Origin: Myxococcota bacterium
Lineage (GTDB): Bacteria; Myxococcota_A; UBA9160; UBA4427
Direction of reading: 5' to 3'
Length of the DNA stretch: 64,000 nt
NCBI GenBank assembly: GCA_036336835.1
Contig: JAYZFK010000062.1
Span: 32,001-96,000, forward strand
In this document: piece by piece, positions 30,772 to 40,496 of the stretch
Numbering within the stretch: the stretch's first letter is position 1
Layout of the letters: every line of letters starts with the position of its first letter
Program-made: the position numbers and the translations under genes
The notes under the pieces: generated by a model
Databases searched by the model: none
The model's input: only the letters and a program-made list of their open reading frames with translations
What the model was told of the DNA's origin: nothing

Positions 30772-31896
30772 TTGCTGCCCATCGGCTCCGCGGCCTTCCT
30801 GCTCTTCGGCGTCCTGCTCGTGGTGCTCGGAGCCTGCCACAGCGGGCTTGCGAGCTCCCTCGAGCTCGATCACACCGCCTTCGGACTGCTCGGCTCCGCG
30901 CTCTCGGCGGGCATCGCGGTCGGCGTGCTGGTCGCGGGGCCGCTGGTCGATCGCTATCCGCGACGGCCGATCTTTCTGGCTTCGACACTGATCGTCGCGG
31001 CGGCGGTCGGCAGTGTCGCGACGGGCATGTCGCTCGGCCGAGCGCTGCTGCACGTGGCGGCGATGGGCCTGGGCGCGGGCATCTTCGACACGCTGCTGAA
31101 CGCGCTCACCGTCGAGCGTTGGCGCGAGAACTCGGTGCGCCCAATGGCGTGGCTCCACGCCATGGTCCCCGTCGGCGCGATCGCCACCCCGTGGCTCGTG
31201 AGCCAGACCGGCGGCGCAGAACAATGGGTGGACTTCTTCCACGCGATCGGTGCTGCCTTCCTCGCGCTCTCGGCCTGGGTCGCACTCACCAGGCTGCCGA
31301 GCCCCGCGAGTCGTGCTGCAACAGGCGATCGCGTCGGTTGGGCGCCGTTCTTGCGGCCGGCGTTCGTCGCTCTGTGCGTCGTCGGGCTCGCCTATGTCGG
31401 GGTCGAGGCCGCGTTGACCCTGTTCGCGGTTGCGTATTCGACCGCCGGCCTCGAGCTCACCGAAGCGCACGGACAACGAGCAATCAGCGCGATGTGGCTC
31501 GGCATCCTGACCGGACGTCTGCTCTTGATGCTGACCCGGGGCAGCGCCGACGCACGCGCGATCGCCCTGTCGGGCCTGGTCGCTGCCAGCCTGATCGCGG
31601 GGGGTACCTGGCTCGGCCTGCCCCACGTCGAGCTCCTCATGGCTGCGTGTGGGCTCGCACTGTCGGGCGTCTTCCCGCTGATGGTCGCCCTCGCCGGACA
31701 GCTGATACCGCAAGCTCCGGGCAAGGCCGTCGGACTCGTCGCCGGGCTCGGCTCGTTGGGAGGCCTCGTCCTGCCGCCGCTGACCGGAGCCATCGCCGAC
31801 GCGACGCAGATTTCCATCGCGATGGGCAGTCTCGCCGCCTGGTGCGTGCTGATCAGTGCCGCTGGCCTAGTCGCGTATCGCCGCCAACCCTCCTAG
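30772..31896 (+). CDS. MFS transporter
   Basis: Highly hydrophobic, GPLVDRYPRR motif; start uncertain (TTG 30772). Confidence 0.8.
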   Translation: MLPIGSAAFLLFGVLLVVLGACHSGLASSLELDHTAFGLLGSALSAGIAVGVLVAGPLVDRYPRRPIFLASTLIVAAAVGSVATGMSLGRALLHVAAMGLGAGIFDTLLNALTVERWRENSVRPMAWLHAMVPVGAIATPWLVSQTGGAEQWVDFFHAIGAAFLALSAWVALTRLPSPASRAATGDRVGWAPFLRPAFVALCVVGLAYVGVEAALTLFAVAYSTAGLELTEAHGQRAISAMWLGILTGRLLLMLTRGSADARAIALSGLVAASLIAGGTWLGLPHVELLMAACGLALSGVFPLMVALAGQLIPQAPGKAVGLVAGLGSLGGLVLPPLTGAIADATQISIAMGSLAAWCVLISAAGLVAYRRQPS

Positions 31897-31957
31897 CACT
31901 CCGCTGGCGGCGCCGTCAGGAAGCTGAGCCAGCCGGCTCTGCGTTTCCCGCAGCGCG

Positions 31958-34357
31958 TCAGGCCAGCGCACCGGCTCGGCGTGCAGAATCGAGAGCATCG
32001 ATCGCGTCCAGGCGACGGATCGTCGTGCGCAGCTCGGAAGCGAGCCGGTCCCGTCGGGCTCCGAGCTCCGCTCGGTCTCCAGCGAGCAGCCCGCGATTCG
32101 AAGCGAGCCTCAACCCGTTCCGGAGCAGGTGCATCGAGACCGATTCGACGCTGCGAAGCCGGCGCTGGAGCGCGTACTGTCTGCCCCAGGCGATGCACTC
32201 GGCCAGCAGCTTCTCGTCATCGGGCGCTGTTTCGCCATTCAGGGTGACGAGACGATTCGCCACGATCGCATACGCTTCGACGAACGCACGCAGGGTTCGA
32301 TGAGCGTGCAACGGACGGATCGCCTCGATCAGCTTGCGCGCCGCGCTCGGATCGTCGAGATGCTGTTCCCAACCGGGAACCTGTAGCGAGAGTTCCTCGG
32401 CGATCTCAGCGGTGAACTGCTCTTTGTCCGAGAAGAAGAAGTCGAACTTCAGCAGGTCGCGAAGCCGCAGCGTCTCGTCCCAGAAGACACGACTGCCCTC
32501 CCCGGGCTCGACGGAAGCCGCAGCGAGCAGAGCGATCTCACCGATGGAACCGTTCAGCAGGTGGTGGATCACCGTGTTGCGATAGTAGGCCGCGGACAGG
32601 TGCGCATCCTGGCCCACCGAATAGATGACTTCGGGTCCCTCGTCGAATCGGGTGAGGACACCGCTCGCGACCAGAAGATCGAGCGTGCGACACACATCTT
32701 CGGGTGTGTCGAAGTCGAGCTTCTCGGTCGTCGGCAGGTCCCGCCGACTGACGTAGTCGACGAGGTCGGTCAGATCAGCGTGAATTTCGTCGGCGCTCAT
32801 CGCGCGATCACCGCCGCCTAGCAGTGCGAGCAGCGCCAGCGAGATCGGCGTGATCGGAGTGACCCGATTGATCCGCGCGCACACCTCGAATGCCAGCTTC
32901 TGGACAGCGAGCTCTCCTTCCACGCCCGTTTGCAGCGACTCCGCATCGCCCAGCGTCTTGAACAACGACACCGGATCTCCAAAGCGAAGATCGATGCTCC
33001 CGTACTGCCTGCCCAGGCGGCGCAGGAAGCCGATCAGCCAGCCAAAACTCTCTGCCCGCTTCGAGCCGCCGCGCTCCTCGATGGCGTAATCGCCAACCTC
33101 AGAGATCTGGTCGTAGGCAACCGAGACTGGCACGAGCACGACGTCTTCGCTCTTGCCGCGTCGATACGAATCGACAACAGACGACAGCAGGCCGTAGCGC
33201 GGCGGCAGCAGCTTGCCCGAGCGCGACCGGCCACCCTCGATGTACCACTCGAGCGAGAAACGTTTCTCGATCAGAAAATCGACATAGCTGTGCAGCACGA
33301 ACTTGTAGAGGTCGTCATCCTTGAAACTTCGTCGGAGGAAGAAGATGCCGGCGCGTCGCGCGATCGGCCCGACTGGAAAGAAGTTCATGTTCTCGCCGCC
33401 CGCGGTGTGATTCGGCGGAAACCCAGCCTCGTGTAGAACGCGGCGCAGCACCGGATGATCGAGGTTGGACTTGTGCGTGGGCAGGAAGACGAGAGGGTAT
33501 TGTGCCGCGAGGTCGCGGAGCTGGTCGAGCTGACCCGGGGCCACGCGAAGCTCGTCGTAGCCGCGGGTAGACGACGAACGACAGAACGCAGCGAAGACGT
33601 CGATCATCAGCGGGTTGTGCGTCGCCGCGATCTCGTGCAGGGCGCGTCTCGCGTCCCGCTGGACCGAGCGCGGCGACCGCCCCTGCTCGTGCGAGAGTCG
33701 ATGGAGACCTCCCTGGAACGCCGGACGGGCGAGCAGATCCTCGCTCAAGAATCGCGGAACCTTGTAGCGCGCTCCGCGCAGCCGGCGCTCGCCGCGATCG
33801 AGTGCCAGGGCGGCTTGCCGGGCCACGAATCGGTCGAGGCCCACTGTCTCGGCCACGTCCTGCCCGACCGCGCGCTGCCATCGCTGGCGGAGATCGGAAA
33901 CCGAAGCCGAGTCGGCAACCACGATGCGACAGCGACGCGGATCGCGCCGGGCCACCCAGCCGGCTCGCAACCTGCCTGGATCGCGTGGATCTCCGAGCAC
34001 CAGTGCGTGAGGGATCCGAATCGCGTCTCTCCCATCGCGAACCGGCGGAAGCCACGCCACGCGCAGCGGCACGAGCAGCGCGTCCTCGGCGACGGCGAGC
34101 TCGGCCTCGAGCTCGCCGAGCTTGGAACGCCGGGGCCGCCGCGAGGACGGGAGCCGGATCGTCTCGAAGTCCGCGTGACTCGGGGGACGCTGGCGCTCGA
34201 TCCAGCGTCTGAGGATCCGATCCTCGAGCCTTGACGCCGCGTCGAGCAGGAAGATGATCCTTCTGCCCTCGGCACTGGGCCAGGGGGGGTCTTCGGAGGA
34301 CACCGGTGCCGGGACGGACTCTGCCATGGGCCTCTCGGGCTGATCGCTCCAGCTCAT
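31958..34357 (-). CDS. plsB: Glycerol-3-phosphate 1-O-acyltransferase
   Basis: HKSNLD (HxxxxD), GIFFLRR, YIEGGRSRSGK, YYRN. Confidence 0.9.
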   Translation of the reverse strand: MSWSDQPERPMAESVPAPVSSEDPPWPSAEGRRIIFLLDAASRLEDRILRRWIERQRPPSHADFETIRLPSSRRPRRSKLGELEAELAVAEDALLVPLRVAWLPPVRDGRDAIRIPHALVLGDPRDPGRLRAGWVARRDPRRCRIVVADSASVSDLRQRWQRAVGQDVAETVGLDRFVARQAALALDRGERRLRGARYKVPRFLSEDLLARPAFQGGLHRLSHEQGRSPRSVQRDARRALHEIAATHNPLMIDVFAAFCRSSSTRGYDELRVAPGQLDQLRDLAAQYPLVFLPTHKSNLDHPVLRRVLHEAGFPPNHTAGGENMNFFPVGPIARRAGIFFLRRSFKDDDLYKFVLHSYVDFLIEKRFSLEWYIEGGRSRSGKLLPPRYGLLSSVVDSYRRGKSEDVVLVPVSVAYDQISEVGDYAIEERGGSKRAESFGWLIGFLRRLGRQYGSIDLRFGDPVSLFKTLGDAESLQTGVEGELAVQKLAFEVCARINRVTPITPISLALLALLGGGDRAMSADEIHADLTDLVDYVSRRDLPTTEKLDFDTPEDVCRTLDLLVASGVLTRFDEGPEVIYSVGQDAHLSAAYYRNTVIHHLLNGSIGEIALLAAASVEPGEGSRVFWDETLRLRDLLKFDFFFSDKEQFTAEIAEELSLQVPGWEQHLDDPSAARKLIEAIRPLHAHRTLRAFVEAYAIVANRLVTLNGETAPDDEKLLAECIAWGRQYALQRRLRSVESVSMHLLRNGLRLASNRGLLAGDRAELGARRDRLASELRTTIRRLDAIDALDSARRAGALA

Positions 34358-34440
34358 GGATACGCTCTTCTGAAGCGTGTGTAAAACGAACGAGCTACCT
34401 CCGCGATTGGCGCGGCCCGCCGGTGCTACCTTCGCTGTCC

Positions 34441-35358
34441 ATGCCCGTCCTCGTGACCGGCGCGAACGGGAACCTCGGGCGCGCACTCTTCCGACAGCTC
34501 GCCGGCCCCGGTCGCTTCCGCGCCGGGGTCCGCTCGTCGCGCGCCGCAGCTCAGATCGACGCGCTCGAGCTTCGCGACCTCCGTCCGGAGATCGCGCGCG
34601 TCGACTACGCGGATGCCCAGTCGATGTTCGAGGCCGCAGCCGGCTGTGACAGCGTCGTGCACCTGGTTGGCATCATCAAGGAAGTTGCCAACACCAGCTA
34701 CGCCGACGCCCACGAGCGCAGCTGCTCGGCGCTAGCGCAGGCGGCCGACCGGGCCGGTGTGAAGCGGATCGTCTACTTGTCCATCGTGGGTTCGGCGCCC
34801 GAATCCGCAAACGCCTGCCTCGCTTCGAGGAACCGCGCCGAGCAGATCCTGCAGAGTGGCACAGTGCCGACCACGGTGTTGCGTGTTCCGATGGTGCTCG
34901 GCCGCGGCGATTTCGCGACGGCGGCGCTGCGCGCGCAAGCGAGCTCGAGCCGGGCGCTGCTGATCGGCGGCGGAAAGACGCTGCAACAGCCAATCGATGC
35001 GCGCGACGTGGTGCGCGCGATCGAGGCTGCGCTACGCGATCCGAGCGCTGATCGCGTAGCGCTCGATCTGGCGGGTCCCGAATGCCTGTCGCACCGCGAG
35101 CTGGTGGCTCGTGCGGCAGCGGCGCTCGGCCACGCAGCCCCGAGCGTCGCGCCCATCCCGCTATTCGCCGCCAGAACCTTTGCTGCACTCGCTACCCGGC
35201 TGCTCGCAAACCCGCCCCTCACGCCGGCCATGCTGGGTGTGCTACAGCGCAATGATCGGGTGGACGCCGCCGAGACAGCCCAGCTTCTGGGCATCGCACT
35301 CACGCCCCTCGATGAGACGCTTGCTCACTGCCTGCGCGATGACGTGGAGAGCGCATGA
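34441..35358 (+). CDS. NAD(P)-binding epimerase / NDUFA9-like atypical SDR
   Basis: VTGANGNLG Rossmann motif, VVHLVGII, QPI, LAGPE. Confidence 0.8.
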   Translation: MPVLVTGANGNLGRALFRQLAGPGRFRAGVRSSRAAAQIDALELRDLRPEIARVDYADAQSMFEAAAGCDSVVHLVGIIKEVANTSYADAHERSCSALAQAADRAGVKRIVYLSIVGSAPESANACLASRNRAEQILQSGTVPTTVLRVPMVLGRGDFATAALRAQASSSRALLIGGGKTLQQPIDARDVVRAIEAALRDPSADRVALDLAGPECLSHRELVARAAAALGHAAPSVAPIPLFAARTFAALATRLLANPPLTPAMLGVLQRNDRVDAAETAQLLGIALTPLDETLAHCLRDDVESA

Positions 35359-36347
35359 GTACACCCGAAGTCGAGAGTCCCGCACCCGCCTCCCCGCCGA
35401 GGGCAAAGCTGTGGCAAAAATTGCTTCCCTGGGGCATCACGCTCGCCTGCTTTGCATACCTGTACGGGCGCATGAGCGGCGGGGCGGCGGCACAGGGCCT
35501 GACGGTGCCCAGCTACCTGGGACGCACCTTCGCCGACGTCAGCTGGGGCCGGTGGCTGCTGTTGATGGCTCCCTATTCGTTCTTCTTCTTCCTGGTCGAT
35601 TCGGCGGTCGTATGGCGCGTGATCAACTGGTTCAATACCAGGGTCGCCTACACCGACATCCTACCGGTGCGTGGTAGCGCCTACATCCTATCGATCCTGA
35701 ACGAGCAGGTCGGCAAGGGCGCGATGGGACTCTACCTGTATCGCCGGCACGGCGTTCCGGGCTGGGAGCTCGGATCGAGCATGCTCTTCATCATGCTATG
35801 CGAGCTGCTCTACCTGTCGGGTTGGGCCACGATCGGCTGGAGCATCGCCGGCGATACGTTGCCGGAGGTGTTCTCTGCGATCCCATACTTCTTCGCTGGG
35901 ATCTTGGTGCTGTTTGGCGTCCTGCACGCCGTGATATCGCGCCCGGGGACACCGGACGAGCAGAGCTTCCGCAGCCGACCCGTGTTCCGAGCGTTCCGTG
36001 AGGCGCACTGGTGGTACTACCCGACGATCGCGCTGATCCGCTCGCCCGCGATCCTGGCGGCAGTGGTGATCTATACGTTCGCGCTTCGTCTCTTTGGCGT
36101 CGAGGTGGGCTTTGCGACGATGCTGGGCTACCTGCCGGTCATCTTCTTCGGTGCAGCCACGCCGGGGCCGATGCGCTCGGTCGCGATCACGCTGTGGGTC
36201 GTGCTGTTTCCCGAGCAGGACGCGGGCAAGATGGGCGCCTTCGGGCTCGTCCAGCACAATTTCTTCATCTTCTTCAACGCCGCGATCGGACTCGTCTTCC
36301 TCAGGCGTGCGAATCGCGAGCTGTTCGGGCAGACGGCGCCGGAGTGA
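35355..36347 (+). CDS. Polytopic membrane protein (flippase / LPG-synthase-TM-like)
   Basis: Many TM segments; ATGA overlap with the upstream gene; family call tentative. Confidence 0.6.
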   Translation: MSTPEVESPAPASPPRAKLWQKLLPWGITLACFAYLYGRMSGGAAAQGLTVPSYLGRTFADVSWGRWLLLMAPYSFFFFLVDSAVVWRVINWFNTRVAYTDILPVRGSAYILSILNEQVGKGAMGLYLYRRHGVPGWELGSSMLFIMLCELLYLSGWATIGWSIAGDTLPEVFSAIPYFFAGILVLFGVLHAVISRPGTPDEQSFRSRPVFRAFREAHWWYYPTIALIRSPAILAAVVIYTFALRLFGVEVGFATMLGYLPVIFFGAATPGPMRSVAITLWVVLFPEQDAGKMGAFGLVQHNFFIFFNAAIGLVFLRRANRELFGQTAPE

Positions 36348-37791
36348 GCTGCTCGTACTCGTGGAGCAAGGGGCGCCGCATCTCCCACAGGTAGCGCAGC
36401 GTCGAGCTCGGCCAGAGCGCAAACACCTTGCCGTTCTCGTCCATGTACCAGCTCTTGCAACCGGACTTCCAGATCGTTCGATCGAGATCCTGCTGGATGT
36501 CGCGGTTGAAACGATCCGACTCCTCGCGGCGCGGATCGAGATGCACCAGCGCGCGCTCACTGGCGGCGCGGATGCACTTCAGGATGTAGCCCACCTGCGC
36601 CTCGATCATGATGATCACGGAGTTGTGACCGAGCCCACTGTTGGGCCCGAGCAGCATGAAGAAATTCGGGAAGCCCGGCACGGCAACAGTGCGATGCGCT
36701 TCGATGCCGCCCGCCCACTGCTCGGCGAGCTGCACCCCGGAGCGGCCGGTCACCCGCAGCGGTGCCAGAAAGTTGAACGCCTCGAAGCCCGTCGCGTAGA
36801 TCAGCGTGTCGGCCTCGTGGAGCCTGCCGTCCGCGGTGCGAACGCCGCTGGGCTCGAGCCGCTTGATCTCGGTCGTAACGAGATCGACATCGTTGCGTAG
36901 CAGCGTTTCGAAATAGTCGTCGGAGATCAGCATGCGTTTGCAGCCGGGCTTGTAGTCGGGCGTGAGCCTGGCGCGGAGCTCCGGGTCCGGCACGCGCATC
37001 GCGATCGAACGGCGGCACAAACGTTCCAGCGGGGCCGCGAGACGACTCCCCGCAACGAAGACGGGAAAGCGCGCCTCCAGTAACAGGTAGAGGAAGAGGC
37101 GGTAGAGCCGCTGCAGACCCGGCACGATACGGAATGCCCGCTTCAGCCAGGCTGGATAGGCGCGATCACCGCGCGGCAGGATCCAGTTCGGTGTCCGCTG
37201 GAAGATCGTCAGATGCTCGGTCTGCTCGGCGATCTCGGGCACGATCTGGATCGCACTGGCGGCGCTGCCGATGATCGCGACGCGACAGCCAGCGAGATCG
37301 CGATCCGGTCGCCACTGGGCCGAGTGGAAGGACGTTCCTTCGAAGTCGTCGGCACCGGGAATGCTCGCAACCTTTGGCTTGTGGAGGCCACCGAGGGCGC
37401 TCACCACGAAGTCGGCGTGGAACTCCTCGCCGCCTTCGAGACGGACACACCAATCCTCGTCCGTGTACTCGATATGCTCGATCTCAGCGCCGAAACGGAG
37501 GTGGGGGGCGAGCCCGTACTTATCGGCGCAGTGCTCGCAGTATTCCTGGATCTCCCAGCCGGGCGAAAAGATGCGGCTCCAGTCCGGGTTGAGCTCGAAC
37601 GAGTACGAATACAGATGCGAGGGCACGTCACACGCAACGCCCGGGTAGGTGTTGTCGCGCCAGGTGCCGCCGACGCGATCGCTCTTCTCGAGGATCGTGA
37701 ACGAATCAATGCCCGACTGCTTGAGTCGGATGCCCATGCACAGGCCCGAGATGCCAGCGCCGAGGATCAGGACTCGGGGAGAGGTCGTCAT
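36301..37791 (-). CDS. Flavin-containing (Baeyer-Villiger-type) monooxygenase
   Basis: GAGISG, GGTWRDNTYPG..CD, FEGTSFHSAQW fingerprint, GSAASA, ATGF. Confidence 0.92.
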   Translation of the reverse strand: MTTSPRVLILGAGISGLCMGIRLKQSGIDSFTILEKSDRVGGTWRDNTYPGVACDVPSHLYSYSFELNPDWSRIFSPGWEIQEYCEHCADKYGLAPHLRFGAEIEHIEYTDEDWCVRLEGGEEFHADFVVSALGGLHKPKVASIPGADDFEGTSFHSAQWRPDRDLAGCRVAIIGSAASAIQIVPEIAEQTEHLTIFQRTPNWILPRGDRAYPAWLKRAFRIVPGLQRLYRLFLYLLLEARFPVFVAGSRLAAPLERLCRRSIAMRVPDPELRARLTPDYKPGCKRMLISDDYFETLLRNDVDLVTTEIKRLEPSGVRTADGRLHEADTLIYATGFEAFNFLAPLRVTGRSGVQLAEQWAGGIEAHRTVAVPGFPNFFMLLGPNSGLGHNSVIIMIEAQVGYILKCIRAASERALVHLDPRREESDRFNRDIQQDLDRTIWKSGCKSWYMDENGKVFALWPSSTLRYLWEMRRPLLHEYEQLTPAPSARTARDSHA

Positions 37792-37831
37792 CGACGCAGC
37801 ACGTTGGCAGCCCGAGAGTGTCCTTGCACGC

Positions 37832-39268
37832 TCAGGCGGACCAGATGCGTTCGCCCGGCAGCCACTGCGCGTGGAAGCCGCTCGGGACGCGGACCGGTAG
37901 CCCGACGCGAGCGATCGGGCCAAACTCGATCGCTCGCGCGTCGAACACCCAGGCCTCTGAGCGGTGCGTGCCCGCGTGCGTCGCCAAGTTGATGACGTAG
38001 CCGTCGTCCTCGGCCTCACCGTCGGGTCGCGGGGCAAAGGTCGACTCGCCCGCGCACCAGCCGGGCTCGTAGTCGTAGCGAACACAGCCGCCGTCCTCGT
38101 GGTCGTACTTCACGAGCGCTCGGAAATCGACGGTGTACATGTCCTCAGGCAGGTGCTGGTGGTAGGAATAGCGGGTCTTCACGCCATAGAGGCGGGTATC
38201 GGGGAGGCAGAACTCGACGTTCAGGTCGTCGAGCTGCTCTTCTCGCGTCTCGCCGGTGACGAGGTTCATCCGCCATCGGTGCAGATGAGCGCGAATGCGC
38301 AGGTAGCCGAGCATCGAGGCTAGGTCGCCTTCTTTGGGGTTGCGCACGATCGTCGGGTCGGGTTGGAAGCAGCCGTCCATCACGATCCAGTCGCCTTCCT
38401 CCCATGCATTCACCATGTGCAGCACGTAGCCGGGCTCGAATTCGAACCAGTAGATCTCGTCGCTCGTGCCGCGACGCGGTACCACACCGAATCGGCTAGG
38501 CAGCTCGCGGTGGAAGCGACTGACCCGATGGCCATGCTCGCGCAGGACGTCCACATCGTGGAACAGCGGAAAGTCGTGCAGGATCGAGTGGTGTTCGGTC
38601 AGCGTGATATCGTGCGACGCACGCGGGCCTGGCAGGTCGACCGGGATCTGATGGACCAGATCGCCTCGCTCGTCGAGCACACCGTAGGTCATGAACGGCG
38701 GCTCAAACTCGGCCAGGCTGAACCACACGAGCTCACCGGTGCGTTCGTCTCGCTTGGGGTGCGCGGAAATCGTGGCGTTGCGCCGACCACCGAAGTCATC
38801 GACGCCGAGTGTCTCGAGAGTGGCGGGATCGAGCCGGTAGGGCTCGCCGCACAGGTACCAGAGCGCCAGCACCTGGCCGGCGTGCCACACGAGATCGGTG
38901 TTCGCTGTGTCCTTCAGGTAGTAGCGCGGAGCGGCGAAATCAAAGGGGCCCATCACCCCGGGCCAGATCGACTCACCCCTTGCAGCCTCGTCGGCAAGCC
39001 CGGCAGTGCGAACCCAGCGGCTGCGGTAGCTCGCCCGGCCGTTGCGGAAGTAGACGCCGTGCACCATGCCGTCGCCGTCGAACCAGTGGTACTGGTTGCG
39101 CGGCGCATGCACGGAGTTGGGACCGTTGCGCAGGTGCGCTCCGACCAGGTCGGCCGGAAGCTCACCCTCGACCAGGAGATCGCTTGCGGTCGTCTCCTCG
39201 CTGACCGGAGCGTGGATGCCGTGCAGGTAGGGGTTCTCGATGCTCTCTGTCCAGCCGGGACGATCCAT
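37832..39268 (-). CDS. Carotenoid/lignostilbene cleavage dioxygenase family protein
   Basis: RNGPN, HWFDGDGM, four Fe-ligand His (SAHPK, SHDI, LHMVN, GFHA), EDDGY. Confidence 0.92.
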   Translation of the reverse strand: MDRPGWTESIENPYLHGIHAPVSEETTASDLLVEGELPADLVGAHLRNGPNSVHAPRNQYHWFDGDGMVHGVYFRNGRASYRSRWVRTAGLADEAARGESIWPGVMGPFDFAAPRYYLKDTANTDLVWHAGQVLALWYLCGEPYRLDPATLETLGVDDFGGRRNATISAHPKRDERTGELVWFSLAEFEPPFMTYGVLDERGDLVHQIPVDLPGPRASHDITLTEHHSILHDFPLFHDVDVLREHGHRVSRFHRELPSRFGVVPRRGTSDEIYWFEFEPGYVLHMVNAWEEGDWIVMDGCFQPDPTIVRNPKEGDLASMLGYLRIRAHLHRWRMNLVTGETREEQLDDLNVEFCLPDTRLYGVKTRYSYHQHLPEDMYTVDFRALVKYDHEDGGCVRYDYEPGWCAGESTFAPRPDGEAEDDGYVINLATHAGTHRSEAWVFDARAIEFGPIARVGLPVRVPSGFHAQWLPGERIWSA

Positions 39269-39331
39269 CCCGCGAGCATAGCGTCGCGTGGACACCCTGC
39301 TCCCGCACACCGCCGAGCAGACTCGAACGCG

Positions 39332-39931
39332 TCACTGCCGACTCGACCCATCGTCCCTGGCTGACCGGGCGGCTCGCGAGGTACGCAGACGATCCGCCAT
39401 CGACACGAGAGTGCTGACGACCAGCACCCAGCCAAGAGCGAACGGAAGACCCTGGGATGGCCAGCCGATCGACAGACCGTCGCGCACCACCGGGATCCCC
39501 AGCACGACGAAGTATCCGATCCCGTTCCAGCGGCCGAGCGCGCTCGCGCGCAGCGCCCAGCCCTCACGCGGTCGCTCCGCGCGCCGCGGCGTGCGCGAGT
39601 CGAGCACGTACTGGGCGAAGGCGATCGCGATCAGCGGAGGCAGGAGCCACGGCAGCTCGCCGCGCAGTGCCAGAGCAAGGCAGCCAAGCGCGACGAAGGA
39701 GGCATCGCTCACGTGGTCGAGCAGTCCGCCTAGCGCAGACGTCTCGCCGTAACGGCGAGCCACTCGGCCGTCCACCAGATCGGTCGCCACCGCGAGCGCG
39801 AACAGTCCGAGCGCGATGCCGTGGATCTCGCAAGCGATCGAGAGTGCACACGCGGGTGCAGCCGCGAAGCGCAACGCCGTCAGCGCGTTGGCACGAGTTC
39901 GCCAGACTCCGGATCTCGGGACTTCGGGCAT
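39332..39931 (-). CDS. CDP-alcohol phosphatidyltransferase
   Basis: ANALTALR, DLVDGRVARR..G..LDHVSD. Confidence 0.88.
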   Translation of the reverse strand: MPEVPRSGVWRTRANALTALRFAAAPACALSIACEIHGIALGLFALAVATDLVDGRVARRYGETSALGGLLDHVSDASFVALGCLALALRGELPWLLPPLIAIAFAQYVLDSRTPRRAERPREGWALRASALGRWNGIGYFVVLGIPVVRDGLSIGWPSQGLPFALGWVLVVSTLVSMADRLRTSRAARSARDDGSSRQ

Positions 39932-40010
39932 TCCACCAATGTAGTTGGACTCGCGCGGGCTGCTACGGTTGGCTCCGCTCGCGCCGCCGCGAGCCCGGGG
40001 AGTGATGTGA

Positions 40011-40439
40011 GTGCAATGCTCTGGCAGGAGCGCGTGGAGCTGGCTACCGGGCTTGCTGCTGGCGGCGCTAGCGGCTGGCTGTGGTGGCGGGGATGCGGAC
40101 CCGACGACGCGGCCGCAAGACGGCTCGGGAGCAGCCGGGACCCCAGCGCAAGCTGACGCACCCGCCGGCGCCCCGTTGAGCGAGCTTGCCAGGCGCGGCG
40201 AGCGCATCTACAGGGTGAACTGCATCGCGTGTCATCACCGCGATCCGACCCAGGACGGGGGGCTCGGGCCCGCCATCGCGGGCGCCTCCTACGAGCTGCT
40301 CGAGGCGCGCGTGCTCCGGGCGGCGTATCCGCCGGGCTACACGCCCAAGCGCGACACGCGGATGATGGTGCCGCAGACCCACCTCGAGCCCGAGATCGCC
40401 GCGCTGACTGCCTACCTGGCCCAGTTCGCCGACAAATGA
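40011..40439 (+). CDS. Monoheme cytochrome c lipoprotein
   Basis: Lipobox LAAGC, CIACH heme motif, distal Met (RMMVP). Confidence 0.85.
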   Translation: MQCSGRSAWSWLPGLLLAALAAGCGGGDADPTTRPQDGSGAAGTPAQADAPAGAPLSELARRGERIYRVNCIACHHRDPTQDGGLGPAIAGASYELLEARVLRAAYPPGYTPKRDTRMMVPQTHLEPEIAALTAYLAQFADK

Positions 40440-40475
40440 CCCGGGGCCCCGCGGCAGTCGCCGCGAGGCCCCGGG
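40440..40475. terminator. Hairpin between convergent genes
   Basis: CCCGGGGCC.CGCGGC-AGTC-GCCGCG.GGCCCCGGG. Confidence 0.6.
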
Positions 40476-40496
40476 GAGGAGAACAGCGACGGCAGC

